DNA of 64,000 nt from Podarcis melisellensis (lineage: Eukaryota). Of the stretch, positions 22,895 to 35,310 are shown in pieces. The notes beneath the pieces are model-generated. The model worked only from the letters and a program-made list of their open reading frames with translations. It was not told the origin of the DNA and ran no database searches. Each line of letters opens with the position of its first letter. Position 1 is the stretch's first letter. The stretch lies in the NCBI GenBank assembly GCA_964234715.1, contig OZ174289.1; one strand, written 5' to 3'. The position numbers and the translations under genes are program-made.

Positions 22895-23135
22895 AATAGA
22901 ATCATAGAATCTGAAGAGTTGGAAAGGGACCCAAGGGTCATCTAGTCCAACCCCCTGCAATGCAGGAATCTCAGCTAAAGCATCCATGACAGATGATCAC
23001 CCAACAACTGCTTAAAAACCTCCAAGGAAGGAGAGTCCACCACTTCCCGTGGGAATCTGTTACACCGCGGAACAGCGCTCGCTGTCAGAAAGCTTTTCCG
23101 GATGTTTAGTTGGGATCTCCTTTCTTGTAACTTGA
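22895..23135 (-). mobile_element. CR1 LINE 3' end
   Basis: atagaatcatagaat is the reverse complement of the (ATTCTATG)n CR1 tail, followed by gagttggaaagggacccaagggtcatctagtccaacccc. Confidence 0.85.
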
Positions 23136-23603
23136 TACAAACAAACTATAATTCTGTAACAGTGAATGAGGACTAGTAGCTTACTGTACTCTTAAGACAT
23201 AATGAAACGTAAAGTCATTTTGAATTTTTATCCCTTTAATTAACATTTCTTAACTATATCCTTAGAGCAACAGATGGTGGGGTGAAAATTAAGGGTAGCG
23301 GGTTAGGAACATTATTCCCTTAGAGCTAATATTACTTCCCAGGGGGATGAGAAGTTACTTCTTGAAGCTGCATGCTCTGTCGTCTTATTTTCAACAGTGC
23401 AGCCCTATGTATGCTAACTCAGAAGTATGAATCCCAGTGATTTAAACGGGGCTCACCACAAAGGTTAGGGGGGGGCGCCACTCGATTGCTCCTTCCGGGG
23501 TCTGTGAGAAGGAGGGGCGGTGGTTGGGATTTCTCAGGAGTAAGAGAGACAAGCTCTCTGCGCATCTGGCACTGAGAAAAGAGATCACGGTCCCTTTGGG
23601 AGA

Positions 23604-23850
23604 AGGAGCGTAGCTCAGTGGGTGGAGCATCTGCTTTGCGTGCAGAACGTAGCGAATTCAGTCTTTGGCCGAGATCCCTGCATTGCAGGGGGTTAGACTA
23701 GATGACCCTGGGGTCCCTTCCAACTCTAAGATTCTGTGTTTCTATGATAATCCCAGGTAATGTTGGAAAAGACTCCTTTCTGAAACCACAGTATTGTCGG
23801 TGTATTGACAATACCGAGCAAGGCGGACCAATGGTCTGGCTCGCCACAAG
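23604..23850 (+). mobile_element. Squam2-like SINE interrupted by a CR1 3'-end fragment (~23671-23747)
   Basis: SINE head gcgtagctcagtgggtggagcatctgctttg, then the CR1 tail cctgcattgcaggggg...ttccaactctaagattctgtg, then the SINE body resumes. Confidence 0.75.
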
Positions 23851-23924
23851 TCCTACGCCCCTCTTTTAAATCAGCCCTTAACTCCAAACCATGAGGACTG
23901 GAATCCTGCTAGTCTTCATGCCAC

Positions 23925-24100
23925 AGCTGTAGAGCAAGTCTTTTGCAAGCAAAAGGTCTCTGTTCAATCCCTGGCATCTCCAAGTTCGGCTGGAAACGAT
24001 TTCCTGCCTGAAATCCTAGACAGCCGCTGCCAGTCAGTGTAGGCAGTACGGAGCTGGATGGACCAATGGTGTGACTCGGTTAGAGGGCAGCTTTCTGTAC
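23925..24100 (+). mobile_element. Squam2-like SINE
   Basis: gttcaatccctggcatctcc...cctgcctgaaatcctagacagccgctgccagtcagtgtagg...ggaccaatggt. Confidence 0.75.
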
Positions 24101-26479
24101 ATGAAAAGTGAAAACCCGCTTCTCACTCAGAAAACCTAATGGTTCCTTGAGGCGAGGATAGGGTTATCTCTTTCGCCTCTGTCACCCTCCCCGGCTGGGC
24201 ATCGGGAAGCCACAGACCAGTTCAACCACAGTATGTTCAGGAGTTCATGGCTACGTCGCTGCTTCTAGGACCAAAGGCAGCTTGCCGCAGAGATGGCTAT
24301 TGTGCGCATACCCCGCTTATATTGCACCTTGAGCGGAAAGGCGAGTTAAAAATCCGGTAGCAGCAGCAGCAACAAAAACAACTCGATTTAGCAATTGGGG
24401 ATGATTCACACATGCAGATAAATCACTTGATTTCTCATTGCACGGTCTCTCTTTACTCCATCTCCCTGAACGATGGGCATGGAAGTATTGCATTTCAGCT
24501 CACATTGGGTGACTCGGAAATACCTGCTTCTTCAGGGTGGCGAATCTGTGAAGGCTCCTTCCTACGCCTCCACCCTCCACGCTGAAGGAAGGAACACGCG
24601 CTCGTGTGAACTGGCCGATAACCTTGTTGGTTTGGAACGAATGTACATTTCCAGGCTCTTTCCATCCTCTAGAAGCCTTTGAAGCAAGGATTTAGGCTTA
24701 ACTGAGTCGTGGATCGGACTGTAGTCTTGAGTTCTCCCCGTCTCGCTTCCCGCCTTGGCAATCTCAACTATAAAACTGGTTTGCGTGTGTGTGTGCTGAT
24801 TTTCGTCTGATGCATTATTTGTTGTAACACCGACATGAACATGACACAATATCACTCCACTCGTGTCTGCTCGAGCGTTTTTACCTCCAAGAACTAGGCT
24901 AAGAAAGCTTTAAGGAGGTGTGCACGTCTCTATCTCCACACACGAACACACAAACACACAGAGCCTTCCTGCTTTTCGATCAGTTTCCCTTGTGAAGTAC
25001 CTGCAAAATAATTTAGCAACACCGCCCCCCTCAAGGAATTCAGCAAGGTTCTGGATGTCAGAGAGGAAACATTTGAAACAACATGTTGAAGATTTCAAAA
25101 ATTAAAGAGAACTCACACAATGCTTCATCTTTACTTCCTTTATAATTTATGCAGTTTTGGCTCATCCCAATCAAAAGCCGTCGCTCACTTAAAAGGAGAC
25201 GTTAATTTTCTTTATCTCTCCCCCCGCCTCCCCTTCCCACAGTCGAAAGGATCTGTCGGAATATATATTTAATTAGTTCCAAAAAGCCCTGAGATTCAGC
25301 TACGTCATTGGGGGTTTTTTTTGGGGGGTGAAGCAATATATACTTTTAGGGATCTTGGGGCGGGGTGAGGAATCATCCTAACAATCCAGATCTTTTTAAA
25401 TGGAATGATGAAAATAAAAGGAGACCAAAACTCCAATGGAACCAACATTTTGTTTTCTTTCACATTTGAGGAATGAAGGTTGCATGTAATTGCAGCTGTA
25501 CTCTGAGCAGACCTACTGAAATTAATGGACGTTACTAATTTAATCATGTTAATTTCAGTAGGTGTACTCTGCATAGAACTTAGTTGAAGAGCACATATTG
25601 TAATTTTTTTGCGGGGGTGGCGGATATTTCGAGCAGAGGAAAATTGAAAATGTGTGCAAGATATCTCCCAAGATCAAAAATCAGGCCTGGGCACACGTTT
25701 TTCTTTTCCTTTCTTTCCTATACCAAAACCAGCTAAATAATTCTTCAAGTCTTGTGGTTGTTATTATTGTCATTACGTGGTTACAAAGGAAATAAACTTT
25801 CCAGTCCCACCCCCTCAAAGGAGTGGGGGGGGGGACACCTCCTGCATTGATAGTAGGTTGGAATTCTAAACAGACCCCTGCACACCTAGATGCAATTAAT
25901 GATGGGGGGGGGTGGAAAGCGAGGGAAAGAAAGATCCAGGAAGACCCAGTTTGGCCTTCAGCAAAAGCAAAGTTTATTTGGGAAGCAGCTGAAATTAGCG
26001 CCCATTCTAAGTCACAGGTTGCTTTATGTTTCCGTTACCTTCCAGCTCCACCGCCACCCCCCCCCAAAGGACCCTTTCCTCAACAGTTGTGCTGGCGAAC
26101 CCCAGTCAGTTCCCCTCTCTGTTAAAGTGACTAAGACGACCCTAAGGTTTCGTGTGCCCGGAGACTAACTGTGGCGTTTTGCATTTCATTCGCACGTCCC
26201 TGAGACAAGCAGATGGCTGGACAGACGGACGATCCCTAGCGTCTAAAATCGAATATTAACAAGAATGCTTTCTAGTGCAGTTCAACAGCGTTTTTAAAAC
26301 GTTTGTGTGCCAAATCCGTTTGAAAAATCGGACTGCTTATTTCATTCTCCTTAATCAGTAGCAGATATTTCACTCTTAGTTTGGGTGTCGGGGGCTGCTC
26401 GGGTTCTCTGCTTCCTTATATTTCTCTTCTTTATTTCTCTTTCTCCATCCTCCTTCTCTCCCTCCACATTCGTTCTTTT

Positions 26480-26537
26480 CCTTCCTTCCTTCCTTCCTTC
26501 CTTCCTTCCTTCCTTCCTTCCTTCCTTCCTTCCTTCC
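26480..26537. repeat. (CCTT)n microsatellite within a CT-rich tract
   Basis: Read directly from the sequence. Confidence 0.95.
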
Positions 26538-27063
26538 GAATCTTTCTCTCTCTCTTCCTTCCTCCTTCCTCCTTTCTTCCCCTGTCTCCCCTTCTCTTCC
26601 TTCCTCTTTATTTTCCTCCCTTACTCCTCTCCCGTTATATTGGAGCCACCCTTCCTCCGGACTGGAGAAGCTCTGGGCTTTCCCATCCAGATCTCCCAGG
26701 GCACCCTCGTCTGCCCCACAACCTATTGTGATTTGGGGAGCGGTTTCTCCCTGCAGTAAAAATAGTAGGACTTCTCCAAACCCAGAACCGTCGAGGTTTG
26801 AGAGCTGGACCAAAGGGGGTCATACGGATTTCGACTGGAGTGTGTGAGGCCAACGAATGCAGGAAAGGCCCGCCCTAACCTGAGGCCACAGAGGGACCAG
26901 GTCAGCCCCAGATGGTAAATTTGAAGGTGCCATTAAAATGAGCAGGAGGAACTTCGGGTTTTCTGGTTCTAGCTAGCCAGATCCATCTTTGCAACACAGA
27001 GAACCATCCTCTTCTACAAAGTGAGGTACACAGCGCAAAATTTGATTGGCAGATAGGCAGGTA

Positions 27064-27203
27064 ATCATAGTTGGTTAGAGCGTTGGTTAGATAACGCCAA
27101 GGTTGCAGGTTCGATCGCCGTAAGGGACAGGTGCATATTCCTGCATTGCAGGGTTGGAGAGTAGATGATCCTCGGGGTCCCTTCCAACTCTACGATCCTA
27201 AGA
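27064..27203 (+). mobile_element. tRNA-headed SINE with CR1-derived 3' tail
   Basis: agttggttagagcg...gataacgccaaggttgcaggttcgatc (A/B boxes) fused to cctgcattgcaggg...ggtcccttccaactctacgat, which is similar to the CR1 3' ends elsewhere in the window. Confidence 0.75.
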
Positions 27204-27354
27204 GATAGGATAGGATACTTTGTGGGTACTTTGGTGCTTTCAGAATCGCATTGACACTTCAGTCAAAGGAGCAGGTGTGTATAGGCAGGGACAACCGTGC
27301 TGTGTAGTAAATGTAATTTGTGGCGCTTCTCATATACTGTATATACATATACAT

Positions 27355-27356
<2 letters not shown>

Positions 27357-27386
<30 letters not shown>
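27357..27386. repeat. (GT)n microsatellite
   Basis: Read directly from the sequence. Confidence 0.95.
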
Positions 27387-27389
<3 letters not shown>

Positions 27390-28199
27390 AGATGCACCAC
27401 AATTTACATATTACATATATGAATGAAATAAATCTTCTGAAACCACCTCTCCCTGGAAAGGACTCCTGTGTAATCCGAAAGCTGCCTTCCAGCGTTTTCT
27501 GGTGTGTGTGTGTGTTTAACTTGTTGGTCTCCTCGAAGCACGGTGTATTTTGCTTCGCTGCCATGAGGATTAGTTTCTGGGTCTCAACCTTTATTTGCCC
27601 CTCTTCTTCCCAGTGCGATTTGAATTAATATATACTGTGGGGAAAGTGCTTGAAACTTTCCTCCACCTGATACTTTAAAATAACGGGGGAGGGGGGGAGA
27701 CGGTGATGAGTTAAAAAAATGAAAAGAAACAGGGACTTCTCTCACTCACTCGCTCGCACGCACGCACGCACGCACACCCCAAAACAACCACACAAAACAA
27801 CATTCCAACATAGCAGGCTATTTATAATTCGGTGAGATACATCACAAAGATCAGCATAGTTCAAAACAGCTGTCGATTAAAAATAAAAAAAATGCAGGTT
27901 TAGTTCCACATTAGTATAATATTACATCACATAATCGCGCGCTGGGGCTGAGTTAGGTCAGGATCCTGGATAGCAATCTTCCAGGTATCGCTTCCATCCT
28001 CATACATTGACCATTTGCCCTTTAATAATTATATAGGGAAATAAATTTGGGAAATAAAAAATAAATAAAAGCCCGGGGTGGTCTTGAAAGGGTTTTTGCG
28101 AAGTGTGGGGGGGGGGATTTGATTTCAAAAAACCTTTCCCCGTCGGCCTAGATTCTGTGTTATAAATAGTAAGCACACACACACACACACACGATAGAA

Positions 28200-30600
28200 G
28201 GACGAAAAGGAGAGGGTTGGGGCGGCGGCGGCGGCGGCGGCGGGAGTTGCTTTGCACTGAGGCAGGAATAGATACAGTAGTTGGATATAGATGTATCCCA
28301 CAGCGCGCGCGCGCATGCACGCGCACGGTCTCCTTGCACTTTTTGATTTGCTCCTTCCCGTCTCTTTCTATTGCAGCTCTCCAGAATCCGCATCTCACAC
28401 ACCCTCGCTCGCCACTCTTATTTATTTCTCCCCCCCCCGCCTCCCCGCCTCTCTCTCACACACACTAAAGTTAAAGGCGTTGTCTCTCAGCCTAGGTAAA
28501 CACAGTTGTTTTAATTAAAAGGTTTTGGCGCTGGAAGGGTGTCGAAGAGAGAGACGGGGAGAGGAGGAGACGTAAGCGGTAGATGGGCTCAGCAGACACT
28601 GGATAAAAGGCGACGGCTCAGAATAAACTAATTAAAACATTGTGTTTGGGCCACATCGGAGTTCTTTTTTTGATCTTCCTTATGTTTTAAAGAAATGTCA
28701 ACGCACTAGAAAGCCGTCGCGGGGAAAGAAACTCACACTCGCCCTCCCCAACCCCCCCCCCCAAGCTCCTTTTCCTAGAAAGCGCGGCGCTTTTCAAAGG
28801 CAACGCCGGTAGATTTTCCGAAAGATGCCCCGCTGGGATAGCTGGCGTATCTCCTCTTTGCCAAAGTAAGCTGCTGTCCATCAACGGCTTCCGCAGCCAA
28901 TCCGCGTCCTCCTCTCCTCCGAGCCACCCTTCCTGCTGTGCTTTTATGGAACACGCCTCAGCATGTTTAGAGGGAGAGAGAGAGGCTGTATTTCTCTTCT
29001 CTCTCCCCCCCCCCCACTCCAGCCTGAAATCCCCCCTTCTTTCCCCGTTCTCTCTGCTACCCCTTTAAGGGGAGGGGGGCTCTGATGGGGAAGGCATGGC
29101 TAAAATACAGGGGACCCTCTCCCAAAATGCGCTCCTCTTTCTCTTCGTCCAGATAAACACGCGCACAAACTCGTGACTGTTCAGACTGGTCGGTTTTGTG
29201 GTTGCTTTGGAGGACTGCATTGATTGTGGACCCCTGCTCTTACTGAATGAATGAATGAAACTGGGGCTAAATAATAATTAATTATACAGGATTGTGTGTC
29301 CATGGTAGCCCTACAACTGGCGTCCTTGAGCGGGGGCAGGGCGGGTGCAAAGATGAGTTGCCCCCTGCCCCGTGAACCATAATTCCCGCATTTATTTATT
29401 TCCTTTCCTTCTTTTTAAAAGTAAGTTTCTAGCATTAACAACCTGCGATATGAGCCTAAATGTGCAGGCGCAATTTCTCATTCTCTTTTGTAAGAAGCCA
29501 GCTTGCTCTCCGCCCTCCCCCTTTCCAGCATGTTGCTCCCCCCCCCCACCCCGCGCACTGTCTTGTGAGGGGGGGACCCCCTGCAGGTCTGGGGTTGCCA
29601 GTCCTCCAAGTCAGAATGGGGAAACTGCCACCTTTTTCATGGTGTGGTGATTGCAGCGGGTTGCGGGGCGGGGGGCGGGAGGGAAAGGGGCAGCTGTTTT
29701 TAAAAGTCGGAGTTCTCCCACACTGTAGCTCGCAGACCCTTCGGAACTGCAAGGAGGTGTCCGCATTTCCCTCGCCCACCCTTTGATCCTTCCCTCCCCT
29801 TCCCCGATCTTACTTGTTAGGACTGATCCAATCAGACAAGAACTCATCCAGGAAAAAAATAAACAATAATCCCAGGGGCACCCCCCTTTCCCCGCCCCCA
29901 TTCTTAGCAAATAAAATAAAATTAAAACGTCTCGATTCGGTGATGAGATATGGTCCTCTATCCTGACCTCGCCATGGCCTGGATTTAGTGCCTTGAAGTG
30001 CCTTGCGGGGCGGGGTGGGGGTGTGGGAGATGCGCACTGGTCATCTGAGCCAGCTGGAACCAGGAGCTGGAGAGAAAGTGCTGTCTCGGTGAAGTGAACC
30101 ATCAGCGTCCCAAAGGCCCTTCCAGAATGCAAAGACGCGCGCGGCTGAAGGAAAACCCTGCTTCGGCACCTCTTAGAAGAGCGCCAGCAGCGCCGCCGGC
30201 ACCACCCACAAGAAGATCGGGTCAGTCTCATTTGGACTGTCCAGCAAGGGTGCTCTTCGGGGGAAGAGGCCAGGAAACAGGCCACAACGTCACCACGGAA
30301 CGCGACGCGGGAGAGCAGAGTGCCAGGGTGGCTCGAAGCGTTGCTCTGGTGGGGAGAGACCTTGTCAAGACAAGTGCATGCTGCTATGCCCCAGGGGCCA
30401 GAAGCCTTTCGCCTTTGCCCTACTCCTGGATGCCAGGGAGTTTCTGCCCGATCGGAAAAGTGGAGGATCCACCGCAGAATCCACACAGGTTAACTAGCGG
30501 CCAGCAGAAAAATCGATCTGTTTCTGGGTGAGTGCTTGGTTGTGCGTGGTGTGTGCGTGGGAGTGAATCTCAGTTACGTGCTCACACACCGCTACACATA
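28200..30600. promoter_or_regulatory. Orphan CpG-rich island ~24 kb upstream of ZIC3
   Basis: High CpG density, (GGC)n at ~28221-28242, CCAAT at ~28897, and no recognisable repeats or coding ORF. Confidence 0.55.
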
Positions 30601-31094
30601 CACGACATCTCTGCAGTCCTACACGTATCTATTATGAGTCTCTCGCTCTTTTTAAAAGTGTTTATTTCATAGATACATAAATTCACATACATACCTATTT
30701 ATCCATTTTTGTCAAGATCAACAACAAAACTATAACCCAAATATCTGAATATTCAGAAGTAAGTCTAGTTGTTTTTAATGAGGTTTGGTGCCAGAATTGC
30801 CCTCGAAACATACTCAAGTGGCAAAACCCATCAGTTTTCGTTTCCCTGGAGTAAAGCTGCAGTCCTTTCCACAGTGGGATTTCAAATGTGAGTAAACACG
30901 CATAAGATCCGGTTGCATCGCATGTTTACGGATGATCGCCCAGATGTTATTCTTAACCTCAAACCGCAATATTATACTCACTTTTCTGGGAGAAAGTATC
31001 GTTGAAATCAGTCGAGTAGACTGATATATGAGATATAAAAAGCAAAGGTAGCAGCGTTGTTCCAAGAAGGGTACCCCTCCCAAATTCACAGCTG

Positions 31095-31185
31095 AGCAAT
31101 GCCTTTATTAGGACCAACGAAAACGCCACAATATAGTGGCAAACTTTATAGAGTTCTCCAGAACTCTTCCTCAGAAAAGATGTTA
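31095..31185. mobile_element. Penelope-like element terminal fragment
   Basis: cctttattaggaccaac...caaactttatagagttctccagaactcttcctcag. The minus strand reads CTGAGGA-AGAGTTC-TGGA-GAACTCT-ATAAA, a hammerhead-like core. Confidence 0.55.
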
Positions 31186-31600
31186 GGCAAAGAAGAAGGG
31201 GTGGGGGAAGAAGGAATTTTTAAAAAGAAATGTCAAAAGTACAGGAATTTGGCTGAATAAACGCAAGTTGTACCTTGTGGAAACTATAATCAGCCAGCAA
31301 AACCACCATATAAAAGGCAATGTTATAGCTGGTTCTTTTTCATTTACACACCAATGGATAGACATTCTACCTAGCAAATGTGTTGGGCGTGTGCGTGAGA
31401 GAAAGGGGTGGCGGCGCGGGGGGGGGGCGGAGAGCTTTACCTTTCTGACCTGGAAGGCTGGAATTAACCCCAACGGAAGAACTTGTTCCAATCCCAACAC
31501 TATTTTTAAAAGCTTCCCCCTCCTCCCTTCTTCCAAACGGTTGCACCAAAACTCGCACTAGCAAGAGATCTCTGTATCCTTATCTAAGCTTCTTCTTCTT

Positions 31601-31939
31601 CTCTTGAGAGTCCCATGAGAAGAAGATCAATCCTATCCATTCTGAAGGAAATCAGCCCTGAGTGCTCACTGGAATGACAGATCCTGAAGCTGAGGCTCCA
31701 AGACTTTGGCCACCTCATGAGAAGAGAAGACCCCCTGGAGAAGACCCTGATGTTGGGAAAGATGGAGGGCACAAGGAGAAAGGGATGACAAGAGGACGAG
31801 ATGGTTGGACAGTGTTCTCGAAGCTACCAACATGAGTTTGACCAAAGTGCGGGAGGCAGGGGAAGACAGGAGTGCCTGGCGTGCTCTGGTCCAGGGGGTC
31901 ACGAAGAGCCGGACACGACTAAACGACTAAACAACAACA
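31601..31939 (+). mobile_element. Bov-B (RTE) LINE, 5'-truncated 3' end
   Basis: Closely similar to 55097-55437; ends cgactaaacaacaaca. Confidence 0.9.
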
Positions 31940-32852
31940 TCCACGTTTTGTATGAAGAAGCCCCATTCGCTGCCACCCTCTCTCTCGCCTAAAATGTCTT
32001 CCTGCTTGTTTCTAGCAAAGGCCACGACTCACCACTCCTCAAGTGGGTTATTAGGAAGAACAGCAACGAAAATCTCCAAGACAGTGTTTACCAGCCCCAC
32101 TTTCTAAGACTGCGCGGCTGCGACTTCAGCTGCGTCTCTTCTTCTTGAGAGGAAGATATGGGAAAGAGGCTGTAGACTACAATACAAAGGAGGCTGTCCT
32201 CTTCGTCGCGCGTGTGTTTGTGACTTCAAATGTCAGTTTCCGGCACTTTGTGAAAAAACGTGCAGTTCTTCTCCACCCGCCCCAGTCAATCAATACTACT
32301 CAACTTAACCATTTATTGTTTTTAAGAAAACACTCTTAAAACTCTCTTAATAGTCTTCAGAAGCGCGTGCGTTTCCTTCCTTGCCTATTTCCAATCTTAG
32401 TGTGTTTTGAGGATTTCCTGGTTAATTTACCGGTTTCAAAATATTTCTCCCCATCCAACCAAACGCACACATTTAAAATGGGATGGATATGGATCTCCTG
32501 TGATCCTTCCCAACCATTTCCCCTAGAGGCGTGCCATTTATTGCCATTCGTTTCTTACTGTTTTCTGAGTCTGTCACTTTTGAAGGAAACAAACAAAACT
32601 CTTCCAAAAAACAATCTCAAAGTGGTTTAACAGTGTGGGGGTTCCATCTCCCTCCCCGTGGCATTTTTGTTTCCATAGAAATAAGAACGAAGACTTTCCA
32701 TAAAACATTGAAGAGTGTAAGTGACCACCAATGAATAAAGTTGCAGTCTTAAGCATGCTTACTAGGGTGGAAATCTGCAGGAACTGAGTAGGACTCACTT
32801 CCGGCTAATCAGAAATCGAGGAGTAATTACAGAAAGATTTCTATTCGGTCGA

Positions 32853-32945
32853 AGAATCATAGAATCTTAGAGTTGGAAGGGACCCCGAGGGTCATCTAGT
32901 CCAACCCCCTGCAATGCAAGAATCTCAGCTGAAGCATCCATGACG
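32853..32945 (-). mobile_element. CR1 LINE 3' end fragment
   Basis: agaatcatagaatc...gagttggaagggaccccgagggtcatctagtccaacc; paralogous to the 22895 copy. Confidence 0.8.
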
Positions 32946-33070
32946 AAGAGTTGAAAAATGAGATTTCCCCCCTCCAGTTGTGATAGATGGATGGACGGAA
33001 GGAAGGAAAGAAGAACATGTACATGATACATACGCACACCTTGGGGGAGGTTGTCAACTTTTCTTGTTTT

Positions 33071-33408
33071 TAAAGGTAAAGGTACCCGACCCTTAGGTCC
33101 AGTCACCGACGACTCTGGAATTGCGCCCTCCTCTCCCTTTACTGGCCGAGGGAGCCAGCGTTTGTCCGCAGACAGCTTCCGGGTCATGTGGCCAGCAGGA
33201 CTAAGCCGCTTCTGGTGAACCAGAGCAGTGCACGGAAATGCGGTTTACCTTCCCGCCGGAGCGGTACCTATTTATCTACTTGCACTTTGACATACTTTCG
33301 AACTGCTAGGTTGGCAGGAGCTGGGACCAAGCAACGGGAGCTCACCCCGTCACAGGGATTCGAACTGCCCACCTTCCAATTGGCAAACCACAGAGCCACC
33401 CGCGTCTC
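33071..33408 (-). mobile_element. Sauria SINE
   Basis: (ACCTTT)n tail read as aaaggtaaaggt; body gggtcatgtggccagc...ttaccttcccgccggagcggtacctatttatctacttgcac; flanking direct repeat ttttcttgtt. Confidence 0.88.
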
Positions 33409-33907
33409 TTTTCTTGTTCTTAGCACCCCAAATAAGAGAAGAGGGAAAGTTTACCCGTTACTGCATTCACGCGCATGCACCAGCTTAAAACTATTTACAA
33501 GTCAGGTTCTGAAGAACGAGGGAAAGGTTAAAAGGTTTAAGAGACTGTGTGAGGGGAGTTAGCTTCTCTGCCCTGCCAAAAAGAAAAAAAGAGCGCCTTT
33601 GATCTTAATCCGGATGTAGATCCGGGTTTTGATTTAGCGATGAATTACTTGTTGCTTACCACACTGAAGTTGAAATTATCAGAGTGAGAGGAAGACAGGC
33701 AGAGCCGCGCGTAGGCGGCGCCGCAGGCTGAGGTTTGTGTCAGCGCCCACCGCGCACAAGCGTAACTCGCGCGTATACAGGCGCACACTTCCACCTGCCC
33801 TCGGGTGGAAGCGGTAATGAGAAACCAGCCATTATTTGAGAGATCTAGCATATAAGAGAAAGGTCATCCCATTTCCTCAGAAGTGCATTATGCCCCCTCT
33901 ATTACCC

Positions 33908-34073
33908 CATGGGCGTAGCCAGGATTTATTTTAAAGGGGAGGATTTATGTTACGGGGAGAAAACGAGTTATCTGCGATGCAATTGGTCAGTTAATTAAAT
34001 ATTTTTTATTTATTTACTTGATTTGGAGGTGGGGAAGCTCACCCCCCCCCTGCACTCCCTGGCTACACCCATG
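33908..34073. mobile_element. MITE with TIRs CATGGGCGTAGCCAGG / CCTGGCTACACCCATG
   Basis: 16-bp near-perfect terminal inverted repeats; a related copy lies at 36310-36452. Confidence 0.7.
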
Positions 34074-34314
34074 ATGCCTCCAGTATATTATTCTGAGACT
34101 GCCAGGGAGATGTGGGTGGTCTTCTCAGCAGCCCCTCGAGCTGAAGGTGGTTCCTCTGTTCCTGGCGCGAATCCGCTCCTTAAGGAGTTCGCGGAAGTTC
34201 GTCAAAAGCAGTAGCGAGAAGCAGACCCGGGTTAACTCCTGCGTCACGGCCTGTCTGGACGAAGCAGGAATCCCACACGCCCCACTCACAGCCAACTTCT
34301 CCAGCTGTCTGAAA

Positions 34315-34472
34315 GACCACAGCTCAGTACTAGAACACCTGCTTTGCATGCAGAAGGTTCTAAGTTCATTTCCCATCCATGTACGTATGAAAGAGATCCC
34401 ATTCTGAAATCCTGGAGAGTCGCTGCTAGTCAGAGTAGACAATTCTGAGCTAAGTGGCAGCTTCCGTCGTTC
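34315..34472 (+). mobile_element. Squam2-like SINE
   Basis: agctcagtactagaacacctgctttgcatgcagaagg...gaaatcctggagagtcgctgctagtcagagtagacaa. Confidence 0.7.
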
Positions 34473-35084
34473 CCAAGACCAGGAGAAGATCTTCCAGGGG
34501 GAGGGGGAGTGCCCATCCCTGAGACTTCCTTATGCCGCATTCGCCAATCGAGGGGACGCAGACCTGGTCCAAATGAGAGTCAAAAGTCTCCCCGCCAGAA
34601 CTTCACTTTCCCAAACCAGAATCATTGAGTTGTTTTGTTTTTCCCGGGGGGGGGGGGGTGCAAAGCCTAGACTGCTTAGGAAGCACTCCGCCCTTCAAGT
34701 TTCTGCCTCTGGTAAACGCAGTTTGGTCGACGTTTCTGTGGCGCCTTAAACACCACACAGCTGCCTTTCCCGCTGGGAATTCTTTTCGGCGCAGGCGCGT
34801 TCTGGCATAAATCAGCCCGAGCCAGTTCCTTCATTACAAACACACTTCAGTATTTCACTCCCATTAACTTTAGCTGAAATGGACATCCAGACACCTCTCC
34901 CAATGTATTCAGTACATACCCATTCCTGTTCTCCAACGCACCCATTCTTAGCCACCTGTCTCCGAGGGACTTGCCTCTCCTCGCCGGTGCGCTCCTGCAC
35001 ACCTCAGCTGCCAGGCTACGGATACATGGGAATTACCCCCATAGAACTCAGCGAGACTTGCTGCTGAGTAAAAATGAACAGTCG

Positions 35085-35310
35085 TTAAGAACGCAAGAGC
35101 CATGCAGCTGCGTAAAACCAAAGTCCGATCCATTCTAGCATCCTGTTCTAATACTTTGCGGCCAAATGCTCCCATGGGAAGCCCACGAGCAGGACCTGGG
35201 AGCAAGAGCTCTTGCCACTTGTGATTCCCGGAGGCTGTTATTCAAAAGCTTACTGCCTCCGACAGTGGCGAGATAACAAAGCCAAGCCATCGTGGCTAAT
35301 AGCTACGGAT
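35085..35310 (-). mobile_element. CR1-type LINE 3' end
   Basis: taagaacgcaagagcc...ccattctagcatcctgttc...ccatcgtggctaatagc. Confidence 0.6.

Noticed and set aside
27064-27130. tRNA-like sequence
   Set aside because: The acceptor stem is incomplete and it is fused to a CR1 tail, so it is a SINE head rather than a tRNA gene.
29611-30531. 291-aa and 145-aa ORFs in the second CpG island
   Set aside because: No recognisable domains; long ORFs are expected in GC-rich DNA.
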